Positions 53,166-64,000 of a stretch of DNA of 64,000 bases are shown in pieces; position 1 is the first letter of the stretch, and each line of letters opens with the position of its first letter. The DNA is taken from positions 171,678,001 to 171,742,000 of the forward strand of contig OX597817.1 in the NCBI GenBank assembly GCA_951406725.2. Reading direction: 5' to 3'. Both the position numbers and the translations under genes were made by a program. Source of the DNA: Octopus vulgaris (taxonomy: Eukaryota). The notes below the pieces were generated by a model, which was not told where the DNA came from, made no database searches, and saw only the letters and a list, made by a program, of their open reading frames with translations.

Positions 53166-53844
53166 ATGAGTGAGAGAGACACACAGACAGACAGAGGGGT
53201 AGTGTCTTTTATAAAAGTTACCCAGTCTATGGCTATGAAACCTACCTAGGTGTTTTAGTGTAGGTGTGTATTTTGTTTTTTGTTTTTTTCCTTTTGATTC
53301 TCCTCCTTCTGAACTGGTTCTTTCTTGTTGAGCAAATGAAGCTGTTTTCTATCACATCGCTTTTAAGTATTGAGATAATCTTCTCTTACGATGCCCTCCT
53401 CTTCACCCCCCATATGGTTATAGTCTGATGACTGGAAGCAGAAGATAATTAAAGAAAAAAAAGCAATTATTTTGAAGAACAAGGGAAGTTCTGTAGATTT
53501 TTTTGTTTCTTTATTGTTGGTGTTATTTTTCACCATTACTAAATTAAAATTATCACAACAATCTGATGAGGGTTAAATACAGTAGAAAATAAATTTAAAC
53601 AGTTCCTGGCTGGTTGCTGCTAGAAAGGGCAAAATGGGTTGCTTGGGAACAGCCAGAAGTGGAGGGCATATGTGAGGCAGAAAGACCCCCCACCCCTGAC
53701 TCCAAAAGGCCTATCAAGTTCAGAATTTGGTAAACAGGAGATATTGTGAGATTAACAGACAAATAAGAGATAACTACAGCAGGTATGTTTAGGAAAGTGT
53801 GAAACACATTCACACAACCAGATTTATTTTTTATCCCCATAGTG

Positions 53845-54005
53845 ATAGGTGTGGCTGTGTGGTACGAAATTTGCTTCTCAACTGCATGGTTCTGAGTTCA
53901 ATCTCACTGAGTGGCATCTTGGTCAGTGCCTTCTATTATAGCTCTGGACAGACCAAAACCTTGTGAGCAAATTCTGAAGATGATGGAAACTGAAAGAAAC
54001 CTACA
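53845..54005 (+). mobile_element. SINE family A head, old
   Basis: GGTGTGGCTGTGTGG..GGAAACTGAAAGAAACC. Confidence 0.75.
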
Positions 54006-54030
54006 GTATATATACATATATGTATGTATG

Positions 54031-54069
<39 letters not shown>

Positions 54070-54075
54070 TGTATA

Positions 54076-54154
<79 letters not shown>

Positions 54155-54180
54155 ATGTATGTATGTATATATGTATATAT

Positions 54181-54340
54181 CAGGAGTGGCTGTGTGGTAA
54201 GTAGCTTGCTTACCAACCACATGGTTCTGGGTTCAGTCCCACTGCGTGGCACCTTGGGCAAGTGTCTTCTATTATAGCCTCGGGCCGACCAAAGCCTTGT
54301 GAGTGGATTTAGTAGACGAAAACTGAAAAGAAGCCCGTTG
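54181..54340 (+). mobile_element. SINE family A head, young
   Basis: Near-identical to the head at 54454. Confidence 0.88.
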
Positions 54341-54372
<32 letters not shown>

Positions 54373-54453
54373 ATATTAATTCGAGACAAAACCACTATTT
54401 TGCAAATATATATATATATGTGTATATATATATATATACACATATATATATGT

Positions 54454-54871
54454 GGCGCAGGAGTGGCTGTGTGGTAAGTAGCTTGCTTACCAACCACATG
54501 GTTCCGGGTTCAGTCCCACTGTGTGGCACCTTGGGCAAGTGTCTTCTACTATAGCCTCGGGCCGACCAAAGCCTTGTGAGTGGATTTGTTAGACGGAAAC
54601 TGAAAGAAGCCCGTCGTATATATATATATATATATATGTGTGTGTGCATGTATGTTTGTGTGTCTGTATTTGTCCCCCTAGCATTGCTTGACAACCGATG
54701 CTGGTGTGTTTATGTCCCCGTCACTTAGCGGTTCAGCAAAAGAGACCGATAGAATAAGTACTGGGCTTACAAAGAATAAGTCCCGGGGTCGAGTTGCTCG
54801 ATTAAAGGCGGTGCTCTAGCATGGCCACAGTCAGATGACTGAAACAAGTAAAAGAGTAAAGAGTAAAAGAG
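54454..54871 (+). mobile_element. Full-length young SINE family A (tRNA-derived, CORE-like)
   Basis: A-box-like TGGCTGTGTGG, B-box-like GGTTCAGTCC, CCTTGGGCAAGTGTCTT core, (TA)(TG) hinge, (AAAGAGT)n tail. Confidence 0.93.
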
Positions 54872-54888
54872 ATATATATATATATTTG

Positions 54889-54945
<57 letters not shown>

Positions 54946-55589
54946 CATAACAATCTAATGAGGATTAAATAGTTCCTGGCTGGTTGCCGTTAGAAAGGGG
55001 AAAATGGGTTGCATGGGAACAGCCAGAAGTGGAGGGCATATCTGTTTAGTTGCAGGATTCATTAGAATCCAGGTATATCAACATATAAGGCACCAGGATA
55101 TTTCTGCTTTACCTGATGGTGGCAGATTTTTGCCATTATGTAATCTAAGAATGCATAAAAAAATACTACCTAAACAGCTGTTGTGAATTTTAAACCCAGC
55201 TTGTGTTCTTCTTCATATATATATATATATATATATTTATATGAACTTAACATATAACATCTGGTGTTGGTTTGTTTACAGCCCTTTAAGTTAGACATTT
55301 GGCAAAAGAGACCAAAAGAATAGGTACCAGTCTTTAAAAACAAGTCCAGGGATCGATTCATTTGACTAAAACCCTTCAAGGTGTTGCCCCAACATGGTTA
55401 CAATCAAATGACTAAAAAAAATAAAGCAAAACAAATAAAGAACGGGTAAAATTAATAATAGAGAAATGAAAATAAACTTTGGAAACAGCAACGCCACCAT
55501 AGGTTACGAGGAAACGATGAACGAGTTTTCAAGGGAGATAATTAAAGAACGTAACATTATAAAACTTCATGTAAAGTAAATATAACAAA

Positions 55590-55785
55590 TGATAAATCCT
55601 TCAAGAATCCACAAAAATTCCTGGATCACTACCAAAATTTCATCATCTGTTCCTTGTGTCATTACCAATTTTTCCTGCAAGTTTCATCTGCAAGTTCACA
55701 ACTTTTTGAGTTATTTTGCACACAGACAGACAGACGAAGAAACCAACACTGATGAAAACATAACCTCCTTCCTTGGCGGAGGTAA
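55590..55785 (-). mobile_element. DINE-1/HINE-like element
   Basis: Minus strand TTACCTCCGCCAAGGAAGGAGGTTATGTTTTC, then (GTCT)n, GATGAAACTTGCAGG, AATTTTGGTAGTGATCC. Confidence 0.65.
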
Positions 55786-57319
55786 AAAGTCAATAACCTA
55801 ACAGAAGTTCTTCAAGTTGATTGATTTCTCTAGTCTGTAAAGGCCTGATAAGTCCGTAAAGACCTGATCTCTCTCGTCTGTAAAGACCTGTGATCGACAT
55901 TAAGCTTCATCATCTTACCAACTAAATAATTAAAGAGCCATAAAACAGCTAAACCAAAACATTTGTGTTTTCTACCCCCAGAGCTCTACCCTCAAACTCT
56001 GCACTCTGAGTTCAAATGCAGCTGAAGTCAACCTCGCCTTTCATCATTTTGGGAAGGTCAATAAAAAGGAGACCATTTCAAGGTGATGGTTTGGAGGAAT
56101 TGTTCGAGTGTCAGATGGATGCCTTGTGATCTCTGTTCTCATTTCATGCATTCTGGATTCAAATATCATGCCTTCTGCAACATTGTTGAAAAATGGTGAC
56201 GCTTCTACTGGAGAAGGGACTGGTTGATAATAGCAAGAATTTTGGGGAAAAAAAAAAAAATAATGGAAATTATAGTTTCTTTGTTTTCATGGAAGACTGA
56301 CTACCATTACCTCTACCAACACTGCCACCACCACCACCACAATCACCACCACCACCACCACCACCACCACCAACATCACCACCACAAATGCTACACCACT
56401 ACCACTGCCATCACCACCAACAACACCACAACTAATCCACCACCACCACCAACATTACTACCACCGCCACCATCACTACCACCACCACACTAACAACACC
56501 ACAACTAATCCACCACCACCACCACCACCATCACCACCATTACTACTGCTGCCACTGCCACCACTGCCACCACCATCGAAGGAGCAGAAACTTGAAGACT
56601 GCAATGTCTTCTGAGGTACCTCAACACCTCAATATGGTTACAGGACAAGCCTGGTATCACTGCTAGCAAAGCTATTTTTAAATAGCACTGAAATAATTTT
56701 GATGGTAAATATACTTCTGCTGGTAAATATATCACCAAACAGTCCTGATTCAGTAGCAGCGGCAAATTATTTTACCATTTTTCTTTTTAAATATCTTTTT
56801 ATTTTTATTTTTTGCTTTAAAAACACAAAAGCCTAATGGTTATCTGTTTATCAATGAAGATCGAAATCTGGTATCAATCATATTTTCTTTATCTTTTCAC
56901 ACACACACACACACACATGCAAATATGCACACAAGCATACACACATATGCACACACATATACACACACACACAAACACACACATTCACACGTACAGAAGC
57001 AAATACGTTGAAACATATTCATACACATACATACACTCGTTTTTTCTTTTTTTTTTTTATCATGAAGGTGCTCTACATCTTTGAGTGTTATTCCTGGAAT
57101 TTAGAGGAGCAAAAAAAAAAAACCGTTCTTAGAATGACAACAGTAGTGACAAAAATAACAACAAAAAAACCCACAACAACAATAGCAGCAATGATGACAC
57201 CGCTGAAGAAGGGTGATGTTTCTTGCAGCAACTATACTGGCTAGGAAACAAGAAAGAACACTACAAAGGTAAAATTACCATGGCCAGTGAATATATACAT
57301 CTGTGTGTGTGTGAATATT

Positions 57320-57552
57320 AGTGGTTAGGGCATTGAACCCGTGATTGTAAGATTGTGGTTTCGATTCCTGGACCAGGTGACGCATTGTGTTCTTGAGCAA
57401 GACACTTCATTTAACATTGCTCCAGTCCACTCAGCTGGCAAATATAGATTAGTAATCCTGTGATGGCCCAGCATTCCATCTAGTGTAGGAGAATATATAT
57501 AAGCCATGGAAATCAGGAACCCAGCCCTATGAATCTATAGGACTCAGGCAGG
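57320..57552 (+). mobile_element. CORE-type SINE (family D)
   Basis: GGTTTCGATTCC B box; GTGTTCTTGAGCAAGACACTT..TTGCTCCAGTCCACTCAGCTG. Confidence 0.82.
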
Positions 57553-57629
57553 ATTATATAGATATATATTACGATTATCTATTTATTGGCTAAACTGGCA
57601 ACATGACCATTCCTAAATACAACAATATA

Positions 57630-57782
57630 TCATCATCATCATCATCATCGTTTAGCGTCCGCTTTCCATGCTAGCATGGGTTGGACGGTTCAACTGGGGT
57701 CTGGGAAGACAGAAGGCTGCACCAGGCCCAGTTTGATCTGGCAATGTTTATACTGCTGGATGCCCTTCCTAACGCCAACCAC
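57630..57782 (-). mobile_element. Family E tail
   Basis: (CAT)n-CGTTTAGCGTCCGCTTTCCATGCTAGC. Confidence 0.85.
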
Positions 57783-58231
57783 TTTATATGTGTGTGTGTG
57801 TGTGTGTATATAATAGAAATATGTTACAAAAAGAAAACAGAAACTACATGTGGAAATGTAAAGGGAAAGTAAGAAGAAAATTAAGTGAAAATGCACATTG
57901 GAAATCAAAAGGGTAAAGGCTTTTTATGAAAAATAACGATTGATATATGCAATTAGATGAACTGAGATAGGAATAAGAGTAATAAAAGTCATTATTGTGA
58001 ATTGTTAAAGAGATTTAAAAGCATACTGGTTACATAAAATTACTAATCATAGCTTTGAATGCACACCGATTACTGAGCGCTGTCAGGTCTACTATACAAA
58101 GTATGGGGGTTTAGTTCACAGGTGATCTAAACGATTTGGTATGCTAGGTAAGTACTGTAAAGGATTACTAGGGCTCCAAGGTATAACCGAGACGGTAGTT
58201 ATGGAGCCATTGCAGATTTTCGATGCAGCAG

Positions 58232-58641
<410 letters not shown>

Positions 58642-58715
58642 ATATATATATATATATATGTATATAAATATATACACACACACACATACAACACACACAC
58701 ACACACACACATATA

Positions 58716-58954
58716 CAGGGTTGGCTAAAAGTCACCTGACAGTAAATCAAAACCCACTTAATTCCAAGATTAAAACAAAAAAATTATTCCATATGAGATT
58801 TCACTAATATATAAACAAATGTTGAAAAAAAAAATGATTTTTAACTCACAGCATTCAATTATTAAACATTCATAACTGGAATAAGAAAATATAATTGAAT
58901 ATTAAGTATTTATGGAATTTTGATTTACTGTCAGGTGACTTTTGGCCAAGACTG
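58716..58954. mobile_element. Tc1/mariner-type MITE
   Basis: 37-bp TIRs CAGGGTTGGCTAAAAGTCACCTGACAGTAAATCAAAA (3 mismatches); TA on both flanks. Confidence 0.9.
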
Positions 58955-59298
<344 letters not shown>

Positions 59299-59459
59299 TA
59301 TATAAGACAAAGTATAAATAACGATTATTACATATTTTCCCTTTATTGAAATAAATTTGGCTTATATTTGTTTCCAGTTGTCATACAAAAATGAAAATAA
59401 GATTGACATCGCATTTAACAGATATATTTGCCAAAATTACATAAAAATATCTTAAAATA

Positions 59460-59930
59460 CTAAAGACTAAATTTATTCAATAAAATCACAATTGACTTCA
59501 ACCACAGTCGACCTTGAAATCTCCTGCAACTCTTCTGGGCAGTCTCCTTGTTTAAATTGGTGAATGCTGCCATAATCCTTGCCTTCAGTTCATGTTTGAT
59601 GTTACAAGGAGTTTTGTTGGTCCCCTGCTCAACTGTACCCCACACATAATAATCAAGGGTGTTGCAGTCTGGGGAGTTAGGTGGCCAAATGTTAGGTGTG
59701 AAGTGGTTGCAGAAATTGTCTGATAGCAATGACTAGGTTCTCCTGCTTGTGTGGTATGGTGGAGGGTCCTGTTGCCAGACACAGGGTCTTCCAGCAGCCA
59801 CCCTCTTGACACAGGGCAGTACTACCTACTCCAGGCACTTGATGTAGGCTTCCATGTTGAGTCTGATGCTGTATAGGAAGATGAAAGGAGGCATAATGTC
59901 ACCATCACTAGTGATCACCCCAAACATACA
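59460..59930 (-). pseudogene. maT (DD37D) Tc1/mariner transposase, C-terminal half with stops
   Basis: MFGVITSDGDIMPPFIF..VWQQD-(37 aa)-DYYVWG including WPPNSPDCNTLD; two in-frame TAG stops; broken upstream by a SINE tail. Confidence 0.9.
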
Positions 59931-59944
59931 TGTATGTGTGTATG

Positions 59945-60158
59945 TATATGTTTGTGTGCCTGTATTTGTACCCTCAACATCGCTTGACAACCGATGCTGG
60001 TGTATTTATGTCCCCATAACTTAGCGGTTCGGCAAAAGAGACTGATAGAATAAGTACTAGGCTTAGAAAGAATAAGTTCTGGCGTCAATTTGCTCGACTG
60101 AAGGCGGTGCTTCAGCACGGCCGCAGTCAAATGACTGAAACAAGTAAAAGAATAAAGA
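59945..60158 (+). mobile_element. SINE family A tail
   Basis: CGCTTGACAACCGATGCTGG..GACTGAAACAAGTAAAAGAAT. Confidence 0.85.
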
Positions 60159-60447
60159 ATCAGAATTAAAAATGATACTGGACATTCAAAGATATTTTTG
60201 ACAAGATGACATATAATGATGAAAGCTTAGATTAAGTGTTTCAGAAAAACTCAGGTTTATTAACACTTCTCAGTTATAAGTCTTGATGACAGATAAAGAG
60301 GAACTGATAAGAGTTTAAATAATATTTTGTCTTCTTTTATCTGTAAGTTCTATTATCAATTTTTGAGCTCAAGTAAAGATGAGGGTGAGAGCGAAAAGCC
60401 CACTTATATGGTTTCAGTGTTTGCACTCAATAAAGCCAAAACTTTGG

Positions 60448-60840
60448 TATGGCTGTGTGGCAAGAAGTTTGGTTCCAAATCACATGGTTCCAGGTTCAGT
60501 GCCACTGCATGGCATCTTGGGCCAGTGTCTTCTGCTATAGCCCCGGGCTGACCAAAGCCTTGTGAGTAGATTTGGTAGATGGAAATGAAAGAAGCCTGTT
60601 GTGTGTGTGTATATATGAGTGTGTGAGTGTGTGTCTGTGTGTGTGTGTGTGTGTGTTTGTTAGTGCCCCCCCACTGCCACTTGACAACTGGTGTTGGTGT
60701 GGTTACATCCCTGTAACTTAACGGTTCAACAATGAGAATGATAGAATAAGTATCTGGCTTAAAAAGGAAATAAGTACCAGGGTTGATCAGTTTGACTAAA
60801 GTTCTTCAAAGCAATGCCCCAGCATGGCCACAGCCTAAAT
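60448..60840 (+). mobile_element. SINE family A, older full copy
   Basis: Head, (TG)n hinge, tail; followed tail-to-tail by a minus-strand tail at 60885-61050. Confidence 0.82.
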
Positions 60841-61063
60841 AAATAAATAAATAAATGAATAAATAAATAAACAGTGGATCATTTTTATCTTTTACTAGTT
60901 TCAGTCATCAGACTGTGGCCATGTTGGGGCCCTGCCATGGAAAGTTTAGTTGAACACATCAAGTTCCTTTTTTGCTGAACCTCTAAGTTATTAGGAATGT
61001 AGACAAACCGATACCAGTTGCCAAACAGTGGGTGGGGAGGACAAACACAGACACTCACACATT

Positions 61064-61437
61064 TATTCTTTTCTATCCTAGGCACAAAGACCGAAATTTT
61101 TGGGAGGGGGTTATTTGATTAGATCCCAGTACGTAACTGGTACTTAATTTATTGGCCCTGAAAGGATGAAAGGCAAAGTTGACCTCAGTGGAATTTGAAC
61201 TCAGAACATAAAGACAAACGAAATACCACTAAGCATTTTCCTTGGTGTGCTAATGTTTCTGCCAGCTCACCACCTTAATATTCTTTTCTACTCTAGGCAC
61301 AAGGTCCAAAATATTTGGGGAGAGCACGGCCAATTGATTAGATTGACCCCAGTATGCAACTGGTACTTAATTTATCGACCCTGAAAGGATGAAAGGCAAA
61401 GTCAACCTCAGCAGAATTTGAACTCAGAACATAAAGA
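61064..61437 (-). mobile_element. Head-to-tail dimer of family C SINE
   Basis: Junction GCTCACCACCTT-AATATTCTTTTCTACTCTAGGCAC near 61277. Confidence 0.85.
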
Positions 61438-61440
61438 GAG

Positions 61441-61482
<42 letters not shown>

Positions 61483-61484
<2 letters not shown>

Positions 61485-61682
61485 TGAGCACCACCAGCAA
61501 TAATATTTTTTTCCTCTGTCTTCCCTTCTCGGGATCTTTCCTTCTCCTTGTTTCCGGCGAAGAGCTCCGCTCGAAACGTTAAACCCTCCTTCCCTTCTTT
61601 CCTGAGCGTCAAATAATACTTTAATTGTTCCACGTCCTCGCGTTACTGTGTTTTTTTCTGTGTTTTCTTGTTTGGATTAACT
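61483..61682 (+). mobile_element. Penelope-like remnant in (TA)n with variant hammerhead
   Basis: (TA)n on both sides; CpG-rich; GAGC(TCC)GCTC-GAAACGT motif. Confidence 0.6.
61550..61584 (+). ncRNA. Variant minimal hammerhead motif
   Basis: GUUU-CCGGCGA-A-GAGC(UCC)GCUC-GAAAC-GUU-AAAC; core deviates at U4C and A6G. Confidence 0.45.
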
Positions 61683-61683
61683 T

Positions 61684-61724
<41 letters not shown>

Positions 61725-62581
61725 TGTTTGTCATAAGAATTTTATAAACTTGACAACCACTGTTCGTTTGTTTACACCGATGCATCTTGTAACTAAGCAG
61801 TTCAACTAAAAGTGACCAATTGAATAAGTACCAGATTTTAAAAGAAGAAGCATTGAGATCAATTTCTGCAACTAAACGTATTCCAGTGATGAGCGCCCCA
61901 GCATGACCGGAGTCCTATGACTGAAGCAAGTAAAATACTAACTTTGGCATCTAGTATTTTTGTATCAGTAATACCAATGCTACAAGACGGTTTACTTGAG
62001 TAAAAACAATCTGACTATCTATCAGTAGTGAGGAATGCAAGGAGTAACAGAACCATGATATATTCAGCAGCATTCAGCCTGATGGTTGGCAATGTGGCAT
62101 ACATTTCAAGCAATCTGCACTCACTAAGAATCCTCAACTCTGATTGGTTAATAAACCATAAAGTACAAGAATGCAACTGTCTCGAGTATTAGCTGTGATG
62201 CTGACTAACCGACTAAATTATTTACAATAAAAAAGTACGTGACTGCATATGTCTTGAGTAAATATCAAGTAGAGATCTTGGTGTTCTTAGAGGCCTGGTG
62301 TTTGGATCCAGCCTAGTCTCAGGGATCCCAGGAGATGAGATAGAAATTCTCCACTTGGCAGAATGTTAGTCTATAACAGATAACATTCCGAGATGGGCTG
62401 GCAACTATTCATACTGACAACAGTTATGCAAACTGAAACTTGCAGAGCTGAACGTGCCAAAAATACAAAAGGAAAAAAAAAGGGGAAAAAGAAAAACAAA
62501 GCTCTAATAAACATTGAAATCCTGCTGTGAACTTGAACTCAAAATCTCTGAGTTGGTAGTCCAATGGTGTATCCACTGTGC

Positions 62582-62861
62582 CAGTGGTTCCTAAACTTCA
62601 TCAGGCTGCTGCCTCTTTGGCACTCGAGCCACAGTCATAACACCCCCTCCCACTCACCATTACAAATATCGACCCCTTTCTGAAGTGAACTCAAAACAGA
62701 CTAAACTTAACCTGATTTACCCATTATTTTGTTGTTTTTTACAGCCATTGTCCCCTTTTGGCCACCCCATTATTGCCCCACTTTTCATCAATATGCTCTT
62801 GGACCTTTCCAACGTCCCCAGGGAGGTGAGAGGACAGTACCACCCACTTTGGGAACCACTG
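62582..62861. mobile_element. hAT (Charlie-type) MITE
   Basis: TIRs CAGTGGTTCCTAAA / TTTGGGAACCACTG; 8-bp TSD CACTGTGC / CACTATGC (7 of 8 match). Confidence 0.88.
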
Positions 62862-63583
62862 CACTATGCTGTTTTGCTTATAAAGTTGTTAGTTTTGTTT
62901 AGCTCCAGGTCAGCCCTGATCAAAGACACACCAGCCATGACCATCCAATCTTTTATTTAGACACAATGTATTTTAAACTAGGTCATCCAATGTGTCCTTT
63001 TGTTTTCAAAAAATCAAAAGGATGTGAAGTGGCACAGATTTAGCTGCTATTTCTATCAAGTCAAGTAACCAAGTAGACATTCTTTCATTGACTTTGTCTG
63101 CTTTAGCAGTTGTTGCTGTTGTTGTTTCAATCCTGATTGAGCAAATCTAACATCAAAAGCTTTGAAGCCATCACAGTCTAGTATTTTATTTCATTTATTT
63201 ATTTATTTATTTTTGCAATCAGCATCCATCAAGAATCACACAATCTAAAGTTCTTTGTCTTTTAAGAGAAATTTAAAGAGACAGTTTCTATTTCTAGCAA
63301 GTTGAACAACTTCATAGAGGCCTCCTTATTTGAAGTGGTTGACTGCTTATCCATTGTTCTGAGTCATCTAAGACAGTATTTCAAATGGACATTTGTGTAT
63401 ACATTTCTATTCAGACACTAACAACTCTGATGATTATTGTGAAGATTAAACTATTTCTCTCTCTATATATCTCTCTATATATATTTATATACTGTGTGGA
63501 AAGCAATCACTTCAATCTCTGACAAAATGTTTAATATTTTGTTAAAATTTCTGTGTCTTTCTTACTTTATTTATTTATATATA

Positions 63584-63970
63584 CTAGCAGTATTGCCTGG
63601 CGTTGCTTGGGTTTGTTTCGACCCTTTAGAATTGGAATTTTTGAAAAGTAAAAATTGTGCATTATGCAGCTTGTTATTTTCATTAAGTGCACATTTTACT
63701 GCTTGAAATACACCAAAAAATGGCGACACAGCAGTAAAAAAATCGTAAAAAATAGGAATTTTCATAGAAAAAAAGCACCTTTTTTATGTAAATAATTTTT
63801 GGTGTTAACATGGTTCCGATTTGAATTTTATCTTCTACGGAATGAAGAGCAAGCCTTCTTCTATCATACTTTCAATTTTGGTCAACATGCACAGCAGGGT
63901 CTCGGAGGAGATAGTGTTAGTTGAAGGCTACCAAACCTGCCACACACAGACAACTTCAGCTTTATATATA
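63584..63970 (-). mobile_element. Non-autonomous Helitron
   Basis: Minus strand starts TATATAAAAGCTGAAGTTGTCTGTGTG and ends with subterminal hairpin remnant CCCAAGCAACGCCAGG and CTAG followed by T. Confidence 0.75.
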
Positions 63971-64000
63971 TATATATTTATATACTGTGTGGAAAGCACT

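Noticed and set aside
54454-54525. tRNA gene
   Set aside because: A/B-box-like head without a clean cloverleaf; continues into a multi-copy SINE body.
58087-58153. Plus-strand exon ending at TAG|GTAAGT
   Set aside because: Stops in all frames for both candidate acceptors; poor pyrimidine tract.
60893-60915. Minus-strand CTGATGACTGAAAC in a SINE tail
   Set aside because: Only 2 nt between core halves; a chance variant of the SINE tail hairpin.

Overview
AT-rich, microsatellite-saturated, non-coding (intronic or intergenic) animal DNA. The repeat families (tRNA-headed SINEs with CORE-like or Deu/Nin-like bodies, RTE-type 3' tails ending in (GAT)n, TTAA-flanked MITEs) look like those of a coleoid cephalopod, most likely Octopus; this is an inference from recall, not from a search. 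No intact protein-coding gene is visible, and nearly all ORFs in the track are simple-repeat artefacts. Recognisable coding relics are all transposon fossils: a maT/DD37D transposase, Dong/R4 endonuclease fragments sitting in (TAA)n, a pogo/Tigger HTH, a mariner C-terminus, and weaker RTE, Gypsy and hAT-like traces. The strongest hidden signal is a set of type I hammerhead ribozyme motifs: four with a complete CUGAUGA/GAAA/NUH core (10308, 14645, 15091, 33905), one with a variant core (61550) and one truncated (58320). They lie in short ORF-less elements, mostly embedded in (TA)n and often with long inverted arms, consistent with Penelope-like-element or retrozyme derivatives. Weaker leads are a 9x22-bp perfect minisatellite carrying PBX-MEIS-like and E-box motifs, a candidate recursive-splice or 3-nt microexon site, a candidate 79-nt exon, enhancer-like unique islands and several local duplications. 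All alignments and folds were done by eye, and element boundaries are approximate.
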